Source: Carpediemonas membranifera BICM
Taxonomy: Eukaryota; Protista; Fornicata
Length of the DNA: 64,000 nucleotides
Reading direction: 5' to 3'
Assembly (NCBI GenBank): GCA_019828565.1
Contig: JAHDYR010000062.1
Span: forward strand, 10,701-74,700
Part shown: in pieces, positions 48,901 to 61,302 of the stretch
Position numbering within the stretch: position 1 is the first letter of the stretch
How the letters are laid out: each line of letters starts with the position of its first letter
Position numbers and translations under genes: made by a program
The notes under the pieces: generated by a model
Databases searched by the model: none
What the model saw: only the letters and a program-made list of their open reading frames with translations
Told to the model about the DNA's origin: nothing

Positions 48901-48973
48901 AATACGCAGGGCGTGCAGAGCCCTACTGATTCCAGGAGCACGCCGTCTTGGCGCCTCCCACTCGCGACTTTTG
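42980..48973. repeat. 421-bp tandem array, ~14.2 near-identical copies
   Basis: 421-bp period evident in the sequence and ORF track; few SNPs; one 1-bp insertion at ~47279. Confidence 0.97.
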
Positions 48974-49751
48974 AAAGAAAGAAAGAAATTTAACGTATCC
49001 TGTACACCTGTGTAAATCAGGGAATTACCAGTTTGCACCACCCCATGTCCCCGGGAACGCCTTAGCGTGTTGACTTCCCTTCGTGAGCGAGCCTGATACT
49101 ACGTTGGGGGCGTTAGCACCATCACCGTCAGGGTCCAGCTGGTAAGGCTGGGTAGTCCCTTGCATGTTGACCTATCAACTGGCTGGCCCGATACCCCCAA
49201 AGTCGGGATAACCCAGGTCTTACTCTTGGGGGTCCTTCGGGCCCCCGTTCTGCCTGGCACCCGCAAGGCCTTGCCCTGCACACCCGCCACCGGGGCCTTC
49301 TGCTCGGTTTCCCCCTACAGGGCTCCTCTCAGGGATATGTTCTCCATACCATTCGACCCAGTTTGCAATTTTTCAGGCACCCGCCGAAGCGGTTTCGGGC
49401 TTGGCGTTTGCCGTACCACGCAATTGGGCCAGTTATGAAACCCACCGATCATCGCTGGGTAGCTATATGATTCACGGCTGCGTTCGGGCTCTTCCACACT
49501 TTCCGTTCCGGCATGGATCCCCTCCTCAAGGATTTGTTCCCTATAGGGCTTCTTCCTAGCTTCCGGCTAGTTCCAAGTTTTGGGTGCCGGGCCGTTCGGC
49601 GCAGCTCTGATTTGGTCCAGGTGCCGCCCAGGTGGTATTGTTGCCTTATGGTTACCCTCCTGTTTGGCTGCTGCGCCCCGATACCTCGCACGTACGTGTA
49701 TACATGTGCATACGTGCCCCGCCCTATGGCTCTGGGTTATTTCTTATACGT
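48973..49751 (-). mobile_element. Possible 3' UTR and tail of a non-LTR element
   Basis: Ends in (TTTC)4 on the minus strand directly against the array's TTTT; non-coding; cut at 49752 by a TIR terminus. Confidence 0.3.
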
Positions 49752-50449
49752 CATGCAGTCAATTCTGGTACCTTTTCTGGAACAAATAGTTCCAGAATTG
49801 GTTCCAGTTTCTTTGATCGATTTTGATCGAATCTCGCGGATCAGTAGTAAAGTTGGCGTGCGTACTCTATAGACCTAGCTTCACCTCTGGACACATTACT
49901 ACTGCATGCAGATGTCTCAATAAATATTTATGATCGGTTTTCGTATCGTCAGTGCAGGATAAGGTCGCATGACTTGGCCAAAGTCGCTCTTCAGAACTCG
50001 ATCGTCTGACACATACAAACGCTAAAAGTGGTTGGCAAAGATGCATTAGACCTTGTATATGACGTGTATAGACAAAATTTCGGGTGTTGCACTGTCACCT
50101 CTGAGGGGTATCCTCTCAAAAAGTGTTGAAACTCCTACTGTAACATCCCCTTGCTGTCCTAGCAACGGAATAGTACTTTATTTACTTCAACTTTATCCCA
50201 TTCGATAAAGAAAAGTCAAATTGTGTGAGCAATCTTCAACCTTAAAGTGCACATACAGGCATCATGGAAAAGACCCAAAAACGAGAAATCCTGCCTTGCT
50301 ACAACCTGAACTCGCCATTTTGGCGTTGCAATGAAACTATCCCCTAAAGTGCACACTAAATGAAATCAGATCAAGCAGACAAGACAGCAACGTACATTTA
50401 CGAGTGAGGACGCTGGAGAGAGCAGAGCGCCTGGGAAACAGCGCTGGGG

Positions 50450-51160
50450 ACAGGAGCCCCGGAGGATAGAGCCTGGGGGAGAAGAGCGCGGGAGAGAGGA
50501 GCCCGGGAGAGAGGAGCCCAGGGGAGAGGAGCCCGGGGGAGAAGAGCGCGGGAGAGAGGAGCCCGGGAGAGCGCCCGGGGGAGAAGAGCGCGGGAGAGAG
50601 GAGCCCGGGAGAGCGCCCGGGGGAGAAGAGCGCGGGAGAGAGAAGCCCGGGAGAGCGCCCGGGAGAGAGGAGCCCGGGAGAGAGAAGCCTGGGAGAGCGC
50701 CCGGGGCAATTCAGGGCCCCGAAAACGCCAGCACCAGCGCAAGTAAGCTATTTTATTGCAAACCGCTCTACTTGCGCTGGTACTTCAGCGTTTTCGCGGC
50801 CCTTTGCCCATCATTCGTCGTCTGAATTTTTTCGTGCAGAATTCAGACGAGTGTCGCCTGGCAGAGGCTGAGCAGCGGAGCTTAGTCCCTGTGGCACCAC
50901 TCGTCTGGCCCAGCTCCCGGGCATGCTCACGAAAATACAGGTGCAGATTTGGGAGCAGAATGATCGACGAACCCCGAAAACGCCATAACCGGCACCAGTG
51001 AGCGCATCTTCGTTGATGAAGCTCATTGGTGCTGGTAATATGGCGTTTTCGGGGTTCAAATACTGTACTCCTCATCCCTGGCGCCCTCATCCCTGGCGCC
51101 CTCATCTTGGCTCCCTCATCCTGGCGCCTCATCCCTGGCGCCGTCATCACTGGCGCCCAC
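50450..51160 (+). repeat. Short copy of the GA-minisatellite / hairpin core / 14-bp minisatellite module
   Basis: Core 50715-51068 is homologous to 7560-7915 and near-identical to 57825-58175. Confidence 0.9.
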
Positions 51161-51505
51161 ACAGCACCCCTACGCCAGCGCCATCAATCCCCAACGGCAC
51201 AGTAAACAGAAAATGCACTTTATGCTCTTACACCATGGCGTTTGGAGACGAAAACGAACACCCATGGTACCTGCAGGTAAGGTAAGGTAAGGTAATTTCC
51301 GGTGATCGCGTTCGTTGCAAGTAATCACCATCATTGATCGCAACAGGCCGGGCACGGAGGCAGGCCCAAGTGATCCAGGGGCTGGTCGATCTTGCAGATC
51401 ATGCCACAACACTGCATCTAGTCCCATCTAGTCCCAATTCACGCGTGTATATACGCTACAGAGGACCGTATCTGGCCTTAGGAAACGGCTATGGGGTGCA
51501 GGTGG

Positions 51506-54500
51506 TGATGCATTCAAATCCCCTAGTTTGGACCATTTACACCACCACGGGTCTAAACCTCCTCAGTAAACACATTGTTTGACCCTTCAATAGCACAGTA
51601 ATTACTACGCATGAAGAAGGATGACGATGACGACGACCCAAAAGGGACTTACCCGAAGTATCTCCGGCACACTGCAGCCGACTGGGTGAGGTTCCGCATG
51701 AGCTACGCACTCTATGCTGAAGATGAGGTCAAGCCGAAGACCCTCTTCGAGTGCATCGACGCGAAAGTGAGAACAAGTATCAAGGACGCATACCAAGCTC
51801 TGGAGGACGACGAAAGCTCCGATGACAGCTCTGACAGCTCGAGTGAAGACGACGAGGAGATGTTCAGCGCCAACGAGGGTAGCGACAGCAGCAGGGGCGG
51901 CGAAGACGCGCACGCCCAGAGCGACTCCGAGGATGACGCCCGGAGCACACTCATCGCTAACCCGGCCCGGAAGAAGAAGACAAGCGGCAAGACGACCGCC
52001 CGGGACGACGCTTTGCTCCGGTACATCATGGCTCAAGACCAAGAGAAGAAGGAGGCGAAGACAACGAGGGAGGAAGCGCGATGAGCGCTGGGTGGTGATG
52101 GCTGAGGCCACACTAACCAATATCAGTCTTCAGCGCGCGTACCGCGAGCTTCGCAAGCTCCGTGAGACCTCTTTCACCCGTTACCGCCATGTGTTCACGG
52201 ATATGGTAGATCTGTTCGAGAAGGTCGGATCCCTGGATGCTAGAGAGCTCCAGGAGATCGTTCTGGCGAGCCTCGATGACGAGACGATCGCATCGTCTCT
52301 TCGCTCTGTTGTTCTTTCCAAGTCAACAGTCGCGAAGTCGTTGAAGGTCATAGCAAAGTACCTACGGGCCCGAACAGATGCCATGCGAGAGTTTGACCTG
52401 GTGCCGAGCAGCCGGCTCGCGGCCCTACAGAAGCAGCTCGAGTCACTGCAGAGCAAGCCGAGAGAGGAGCGGAAGATGCCAGCGAGGACGGGAGAGCGCA
52501 GACGCAATGACGGCGCGGCCGAGGGGGCCAAGCCTGAGCGGCGGCAAGTGGGCCGCGGCTGCTTCAACTGCGGCGAAAAGGGTCACGACTCGGCCGACTG
52601 CCCACACGAGGAGCCGAAGTGCTTCAGGTGCGGCGAGTTCGGCCACAAGTCGCACCAGTGCACAGTTGTAAAAGCCATCTGAGTATCCTTTCTGTTTTAT
52701 GTTAGCGTCCAAGACTATCTGGCAGGAGAAGGCCAGTCTGCTGGGCGAAGAGTTGATCGTCCGCATGGACACCTGCTCCTCGTTCAGCGTCGTGCCGAGG
52801 GACTGGGCCGTCGAGAAGGGACTGAAGATCGCCACGCGGGGCGAGACAGTCCGCTTGGCTGACGAGTCGATGAGGAGGGTCTACCGAGTGTTGTCAGATG
52901 TGCCGATCACCCTCCACCTCGACAGAGAGGTCACCGCGACGCCGACCTGGTATGCGATGGACAAGGCCGAGTCGTTCCTCATCAACATGGAGGTGATTGA
53001 CTCCCTCGGCCTAATCAACCGCAACCTTGACACCGAAGCAGACCCCATCCAGGTCATCTCCAAGCTCACAGAGGACTGGGCCGAGAGATACAGCGACTGC
53101 TTCGGCGATGCAGGCGAACCAGCAGACCTTAAGCCGTTCAAGGTCACGCTGAAGAAGGACGCCCGACCCTACTTCCGTCTGCCCCGAAGGTTCCCAAGAC
53201 AGGTGGAGGATGAACTCCGGTCAGAGATGCAGAAGCTGGAGGAAAGCGGGATCATCATCCCAACCAAGTCTCCCTGGAGCAGCTCAGTGGTCATGGTGCG
53301 GAAGAAGGCCGGGACGTGGCGGCCGTGCATGGACTACTCGCCACTGAACGAGCTCCTGGCGTCCATGACTCAGCACGACTTGCCGTCGACGGAAGAGCTG
53401 ATCGAGAGGCTGAGGGGCAACAAGTACTTCGCAGCACTTGACCTCAGCAAGGCCTTCCATCAGGTCCCGGTGCACCCCGACACACAGGAGTACCTGGCGT
53501 TCACGTACTCCAAGGGGCACTATACCTACACTACGATGCCGTTCGGCCTTGCCACCGCGGCTGGCCATATGCAAGAGGCCTTAGAGGAGGCTTTCGCGGA
53601 CATGCTGGGCACGGCGTGTCTTGTGTACGTGGACGACATCATCGTCTATGGGTCGACCTGGGAAGAGTACCAGGCGAACCTGATGCGGGTGATGGACCGG
53701 GTGCGAGAGAAGAAGCTGAAGCTCAACAAGAACAAGTGCTTTTTCGGGTTGACGGAGGTGGAGTACCTCGGATGGATAGTGTCGGCGGAAGGAAAGCGCA
53801 TCCCCCATGGCGCGTCCAGGGTGTCCAGGAGCTGCCCGACCCGACAAACGTGAGTGACGTCAGGTCCACATTGGGCATCTTCAACTTCTTCTCCCAGTTC
53901 ATCCCCGGCTACGCGGACATCACCGAGCCGATCCGCAAGCTGGAGATCAAGGGCCAGACGTTCGTGTGGGGCGACCCCCAGAGAGAGGCGTTCAAGAGAC
54001 TGAAGAAGATCGTCACCTCCCCCACACTGTTGGTCACACCGGGCCCTGACGACCGCCTACAGCTGTTCACCGACGCGTCCGACACCGGTGTCGGCGCAGT
54101 GCTGGTCAGAGTCGAGGACGACGGGTCGAAGCGACCTGTGATGTTCTTCTCCAAGGCCCTGACAGCAAGCCAGCGCAAGTGGAGCACCTACCGCAAGGAG
54201 GCATTCGCCATCATAGCGGCCACGAGGAAGATGAGACGGTTCCTAGCCACAAGGGGAGTTTGAGATGTTCACGGACCACCGTAACCTCGTGTACACGTGG
54301 GGGCAACGTCGACCCCATGGTGCAGCGCTGGGCACTTGAGCTGGGCAACCTCAAGTTCAGCATCACCCACGTGCCTGGTAAGTCTAATACGGTCGCGGAC
54401 GGCCTGTCCAGAATGCCCCGCGCAGAAGCCGAGAGCCTGACACCAGAGCAGCAGGGTGCGATCGTGTCCGTGATGTGTGCAGTCGACGCAGCGGAGGAAG

Positions 54501-56154
54501 AGTCGGAAGAAGTCGCCGCCGACGAGCCGAGAGTTCGGTTCCGCGAAGAGGCGGCAGGACAGCCTGACCGCGAGCGCGACGAGGCAGACGAAAGCGACAC
54601 CGAGGAAGCAGCCGGGACAGACGAGGGCGACACCCTTGACGCCGAGCCCGAAGAGGAGGGCACGTTCCCGGCCATACCCGAGTCCCAGAAGCTGCCACGC
54701 TTCAAGTCCGTTCACGGACCTGGCACCGGTCACCACGGGGTTGACCAGACGCTGTGGAAGCTCGAGGATAAGGGGATTGCGCTGGGACACTGCGGACACG
54801 GACGTCCAGAGGATGGTTAAGGAGTGCCCCGTGTGCCAGAAGAACGCCGAACACCGGTCACGCGAGCAATATCAGGAGCAGCTGCGCATGCCAGCGTCGC
54901 CGTTCAGTCGCGTGTTCGCCGACACCATCAACATGGCAGAGGCAGACCAGGGTTACCGGTACATCCTGGTGCTGGTGGAGGAGTCGACGAGGTGGGTCAC
55001 CCTGTGCCCACTGAAGACGGTGACCTCCGCCGCCACCATCAGAGCAATCAGGGAAAGATACCTCACACACTTCCCGCCCCCGGTCGAGTGGGTGACCGAT
55101 AGCGGACGGCAGTTCGACTCGAAGGAGTTCAAGTCGTTCGCGGCAGAGCTAGGCGGGGGCGCGAAGACGACCACCCCGTACCATCACGAGGAGAATGGGA
55201 TCGTTGAGCGCAGGAATCGCGAAGTGAACCGCCACCTCAGGGACGAGATGCATCAGCGCGGCACGAAGCAATGGATGGGCCTACTGCCAGCGGTTCAGAA
55301 CATCATCAACCAGGCTAGATCTGCCACGACAGGCACGTCACCCTGGAAGCTAGTGGTGTCCACAGAGCGGGAAGGGAAGATGACACTGTCGAACCAGGAG
55401 AGAGCCGACGTTACGGACGTCATTGACAAGATGGTCCGGAACGAGAAGATGAGAGCTCAACAGCGCAGGGACGCGGCGAAGAAGACGTACGACGCGGCCA
55501 AGGCCAGACAGGACAAGCACAACAAGAGGACACCGACCCGTATCACAGCCAAGGCGTGGGTCATGGTCGACAGGGATGCAGAACAGAGAGGGAAGTACCA
55601 GCTACGATGGAGAGGCCCACTTCAGGTGGTCAAGAAGGCACCTGGAAACGCCAGCTCGTTCGTGATAAGGGACCCCGAGACGAACAAGACGTATAAGAAG
55701 CACGTGAAGCATCTGAAGCTCGCAGAAGGCGACTGGGATGAGGAGAAGGCGAAGGCAGAATGCGCCAAGGACCGTATGCACACGTATATCAAAGAGATCG
55801 TCACGCACAGGATCAAGAAGGACGTGATGAAGACGCCAGAGGTGAAGGTGCGCTGGTTAGGATACGAACCAGCAGACGACACGTGGAGAAACCCAACAGA
55901 CGAGGATATGAGAGGCAATGCGATACTTCAGCAGTACCTGCAGGTGAATACACCCCTAGAGGAAGCCATGAAGCGGTTTGATGATTTGAAGCTCAGAATG
56001 TCGGCCCGCCAATCAAATGGCACTCGGCAGGATTAGACATCGCATTGAAGGAGGGGGGGTAGTGATGCATTCAAATCCCCTAGTTTGGACCATTTACACC
56101 ACCACGGGTCTAAACCTCCTCAGTAAACACATTGTTTGACCCTTCAATAGCACA
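51506..56154 (+). mobile_element. Ty3/gypsy chromovirus-like LTR retrotransposon 3 (92-bp identical LTRs, GGTGG TSD)
   Basis: LTRs 51506-51597 and 56063-56154. GGTGG on both sides. Empty site at ~59123. PPT GAAGGAGGGGGGG. Confidence 0.95.
51611..56036 (+). CDS. Gag-Pol of element 3 (multiple frameshifts)
   Basis: Two CCHC knuckles, MDTCSS protease, YVDDII, FTDASD, YHHEENGIVER, IKEIVTHR...VRWLGYEPADDTW chromodomain. Confidence 0.88.
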
Positions 56155-56959
56155 GGTGGTTAATCCTTAAAGTGCGTTGCATCGATGCAACAAGCAACTA
56201 CCTCAAACGTGCGAGCTACCATCGATTTCTTGCCATCAACACGACACATTGACGTCAGATAACTATGCGGTCAGCAATGAGCACACTAAACAACATCACT
56301 GTGCCAAAATACATCTTTGGACATCAGGCATGCCACAGAACATGTAAGCAACATCAAACCCGCCTAATTCCAGCTCATTTAGTCAATAAACACATCATCA
56401 CATTCCAATATCTCCTCATGATGCGCCAGATGGCAAGTGACTCTGGCCTGCTCCTCCGGTGAATGACAATGCAGTAGTCTGGAAGGATGTTGAGAGAGCC
56501 CCAAAGGCCAGGCGAGTAAGCGCTACACAACCGCTTCACCAGCCCTCCAAGGCAGCGTTCTGGACCTGCGTCATCTCCGGCGAACTGGAATGATCCAAAG
56601 TAACGGTGTAGTGTTCTTTCTGGCAGCTAATTGTGCATAAGCGAATGCTTTGTGGTCATTTATTGCTCTTTGGCGCAGCAACGCCCACAATTCTTTGGGA
56701 TACTGTTCTTTTGGTGTTGATGTTGTTATTGATGTTGATTTCTCCGCTTTTCGCTGCTTTGCGTTGTAATTGCAATGTTTTCTAGTACATTCCGCGCATC
56801 AGATCATTGCTACAACCTGAACTCGCCATTTTGGCGTTGCAATGAAACTATCCCCTAAAGTGCACACTAAATGAAATCAGATCAAGCAGACAAGACAGCA
56901 ACGTACATTTACGAGTGAGGACGCTGGAGAGAGCAGAGCGCCTGGGAAACAGCGCTGGG

Positions 56960-58775
56960 GACAGGAGCCCCGGAGGATAGAGCCCGGGGGAGAAGAGCCC
57001 GGGAGAGAGGAGCCCGGGAGAGAGGAGCCCAGGGGAGAGGAGCCCGGGGGAGAAGAGCGCGGGAGAGAGGAGCCCGGGAGAGCGCCCGGGGGAGAAGAGC
57101 CCGGGAGAGAGAAGCCCGGGAGAGCGCCCGGGAGAGAGGAGCCCGGGAGAGAGGAGCCCGGGAGAGAGGAGCCCAGGGGAGAGGAGCCCGGGGGAGAAGA
57201 GCGCGGGAGAGAGGAGCCCGGGAGAGCGCCCGGGGGAGAAGAGCCCGGGAGAGAGAAGCCCGGGAGAGCGCCCGGGAGAGGAGCCCGAGAGGAGCCCGAG
57301 AGAGATCCCAGGGAGATGATCCCGGGGAGAAGAGCAGAGAGATCTCGAGAGCCCCGGGAGAAGATCCCGATATAGCCCGATCCCGAGATGATCCCGGGAG
57401 ATGATCCCGAGATAGATCCCGGGGACAGATCGCGATAGCCCGATCCGAGAGATCCGATATATAGCCCCGAGAGCCCCGAGAGATGACCCGGGAGAGATCC
57501 GGGAGAGGATCCCAGGGAGAGACTCGGGGAGAAGAGCGCGGAGAGAGAGCCCGAGAGCGCCCGGGGGAGAAGAGCCCGGGAGAGAAGCCCGGGAGAGCGC
57601 CCGGGAGAGAAGCCCGGGAGAGCGCCCGGGAGAGAGGAGCCCGGAGAGAAGCCCGGGAGAGCGCCCGGGAGAGAGGAGCCCGGGAGAGAGGAGCCCGGGA
57701 GAGAGGAGCCCAGGGGAGAGGAGCCCGGGGGAGAAGAGCGCGGGAGAGAGGAGCCCGGGAGAGCGCCCGGGAGAGAGGAGCCCGGGAGAGAGAAGCCTGG
57801 AGAGCGCCCGGGGCAATTCAGGGCCCCGGAAACGCCAGCACCAGCGCAAGTAAGCTATTTTATTGCAAACCGCTCTACTTGCGCTGGTACTTCAGCGTTT
57901 TCGCGGCCCTTTGCCCATCATTCGTCGTCTGAATTTTTTCGTGCAGAATTCAGACGAGTGTCGCCTGGCAGAGGCTGAGCAGCGGAGCTTAGTCCCTGTG
58001 GCACCACTCGTCTGGCCCAGCTCCCGGGCATGCTCACGAAAATACAGGTGCAGATTTGGGAGCAGAATGATCGACGAACCCCGAAAACGCCATAACCGGC
58101 ACCAGTGAGCGCATCTTCGTTGATGAAGCTCATTGGTGCTGGTAATATGGCGTTTTCGGGGTTCAAATACTGTACTCCTCATCCCTGGCGCCGTCATCCC
58201 TGGCGCCTCATCCTGGCGCCTCATCCCTGGCGCCTCATCCCTGGCGCCTCATCCCTGGCGCCTCATCCCTGGCGCCTCATCCCTGGCGCCTCATCCCTGG
58301 CGCCGTCATCCCTGGCGCCTCATCCTGGCGCCTCATCCCTGGCGCCTCATCCCTGGCGCCTCATCCCTGGCGCCGTCATCCCTGGCGCCTCATCCCTGGC
58401 GCCTCATCCCTGGCGCCTCATCCTGGCGCCTCATCCCTGGCGCCTCATCCCTGGCGCCTCATCCCTGGCGCCTCATCCCTGGCGCCTCATCCCTGGCGCC
58501 TCATCCCTGGCGCTCATCCTGGCGCCTCATCCCTGGCGCCTCATCCCTGGCGCCTCATCCCTGGCGCCTCATCCCTGGCGCCTCATCCCTGGCGCCGTCA
58601 TCCCTGGCGCCTCATCCTGGCGCCTCATCCCTGGCGCCTCATCCCTGGCGCCTCATCCCTGGCGCCTCATCCCTGGCGCCTCATCCCTGGCGCCTCATCC
58701 CTGGCGCCGTCATCCCTGGCGCCTCATCCTGGCTCCCTCATCCTGGCGCCTCATCCCTGGCGCCGTCATCACTGG
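56960..58775 (+). repeat. Long copy of the GA-minisatellite / hairpin core / 14-bp minisatellite module
   Basis: GGGAGAGAGGAGCCC-type units at 56960-57810; (CCTCATCCCTGGCG)n at 58177-58775. Confidence 0.92.
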
Positions 58776-59551
58776 CGCCCACACAGCACCCCTACGCCAG
58801 CGCCATCAATCCCCAACGGCACAGTAAACAGAAAATGCACTTTATGCTCTTACACCATGGCGTTTGGAGACGAAAACGAACACCCATGGTACCTGCAGGT
58901 AAGGTAAGGTAAGGTAATTTCCGGTGATCGCGTTCGTTGCAAGTAATCACCATCATTGATCGCAACAGGCCGGGCACGGAGGCAGGCCCAAGTGATCCAG
59001 GGGCTGGTCGATCTTGCAGATCATGCCACAACACTGCATCTAGTCCCATCTAGTCCCAATTCACGCGTGTATATACGCTACAGAGGACCGTATCTGGCCT
59101 TAGGAAACGGCTATGGGGTGCAGGTGGTTAATCCTTAAAGTGCGTTGCATCGATGCAACAAGCAACTACCTCAAACGTGCGAGCTACCATCGATTTCTTG
59201 CCATCAACACGACACATTGACGTCAGATAACTATGCGGTCAGCAATGAGCACACTAAACAACATCACTGTGCCAAAATACATCTTTTGGACATCAGGCAT
59301 GCCACAGAACATGTAAGCAACATCAAACCCGCCTAATTCCAGCTCATTTAGTCAATAAACACATCATCACATTCCAATATCTCCTCATGATGCGCCAGAT
59401 GGCAAGTGACTCTGGCCTGCTCCTCCGGTGAATGACGATCGACAACGACAATCTTAGCCCGCAAGTGACCTAATTGATGTGGTATCCCGCTGTACGTCCA
59501 AATGTCTGCTGCAGGTCATGAACCGCTGGCTACACGGGCATATCCAAATCT

Positions 59552-61302
59552 TTATTCAATCTCAACGACCTCGCACTTCTTCTGGTACAGCGTGGCGTGA
59601 GCCGGATCGCCTTCGATGACAATAGCGAAATTATCTGTCAACCCCCACAAGTCTGCATCGGGTGCAAGCATGGTGGTGCCATCAAACAGGTATAAGATGG
59701 CGGAGATGCCTTGCATGCCGTTGTATCCGTCGTATGACTGGACAACAAGGATGTTCCGCTTCTGTTTCCTCGCCCAGACTCGGATGGCGTTCGAGTTATA
59801 GTAGCCGGAGTCCGGATCTGTCAGGCTACGCTCCGTGAAATTCTTCTTAGACCAGTACTTGGCCTTCACTGACTGGCAGAGGCCACGCTGCCACCTTTCG
59901 AAGTCGCCATCAACTCTGCCACCCAACTCAATGGCTTGAGACAATATGCAACGCAGTTGCCGTCACTCTTGACATGAATCGCGGTACAGCCAGCCGTGAG
60001 AGCCTCCGCGTTGATGCACGTCTGCACCGCGGCCTCAGAGGTGATGCGAGTCTGAGTCTCCGGCTCAGTCTGGATGCAGGCGTCGCATTTGGTCACGTCC
60101 TCCTCATGTGACTCACCCTTCCTCTCCTCTGTCACCACCTCCTCGTGTGCTCTCGCGCTTTTCTCCTCTGTCACCATCTCCTCCTCGTCTGACTCCTCTG
60201 AGTTGCTATCGACATCAGCGATCTTCTGAGGGATTGTCATGAGGGCCTTGCGCTTCATGTGGATTGTGTCGCTCTTCCCCGTACGGCGGGGGTACTCGTT
60301 CGTGCTTGGTGTGTGCCCGACTGGGGTAGGTCGCGGCGAAACGACGCGGGTGTCGGGCTGGCACCCATGGAGATGTCAGCTGCGTACCCCACGTCTTGCA
60401 GCAGCCTCGTGACGGTCTCCTCCAGCTCGAGTACTCTCTTCTGCGCCTTGTGATGGAGCACTCGTGCCTCCATCGGAAGAGATGGGAGGTCTTTGTGAAT
60501 CCAGTCCTTCATTTCGAGCAGCTTGGATACGCGAAGGTATCTGTCGAACTGGACGTCGACGTGGTTGTCCCCAGCAACCGAAGCTGACTCTCGAGAGGCG
60601 CGAATGCGAAGCTCGCCGTGCACCTCCTTCTGGACTCTACGCCACAGGACGTAGTTGCGAGCGTTATTGTCCTCCCACTCCTTGAGCTTCTGGGCGATCT
60701 TTCTCGCGCCGGCGCTTGATCGCGCGTTCTCTAATCTCATCGTCGGACTCGTTGTCAAAGTCCACCTCACTCTCACTGTCGCACAACTCAGAATCGTCGA
60801 CGCCGCTCTCTTCACCACTGTCCACGCCACTCTCATCGTCGACGGGTTCTTTTCTTAGCGCTCTCGGCTTTGCCCTTGCCCTTGTCCTTCTCCTCGGCGT
60901 CAATGGCCTCAATATCGGCCTTACGCGCCTTTGCGCTTCTCCTGGCTATACACGATATCAGCCTGGTTGTCGTCAACCCACTTCGCCAGCGCGCCGAGCT
61001 TCTTGAACTTCTTGGTCCGGCGAGTGCCATAAACTGCTTCTTCAACTTATCATGGAGCTCCTCCTTCTCGTCCTTCGTGAGGCGGAATTTCGTGGTGATA
61101 TGGTTCAGGTTGATTCCTATATAAGCATTGCTATGACTACAAACGCTTCCTGATGACTAGATCGAGCAGTTTCCGTTCATCCAGCAAAACCGCGCGAAGG
61201 ACAGCACATTTGGCATGATTGGTGGTTGCCTTGGTGTATGCAGCCAATATCGCATCGTACTGTTCCTTTGCTAGCGCTCTCAATCCACTTTAGCAAGTCC
61301 AT
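59552..61302 (-). pseudogene. Frameshifted paralog of the OTU-like gene
   Basis: MDLLKWIES start; same intron acceptor TTATATAG|G.ATCAAC; shared EEDVTKCDACIQTEPE; KSDGNCVAYC and AHATLY motifs in shifted frames. Confidence 0.65.

Noticed and set aside
42755-48993. Repeated 265/111/102/66-aa ORFs, or a CRISPR array
   Set aside because: Unit length 421 is not a multiple of 3, no domain is recognisable, and there are no unique spacers or cas genes.
51277-51296. (GGTAA)4 telomere-like repeat, also at ~58898
   Set aside because: Only four units, internal, and duplicated with its module; the host telomere repeat is unknown.
57290-57560. GATC-rich variant zone within the GA minisatellite
   Set aside because: Irregular and local; most likely consensus noise, and cannot be judged without reads.
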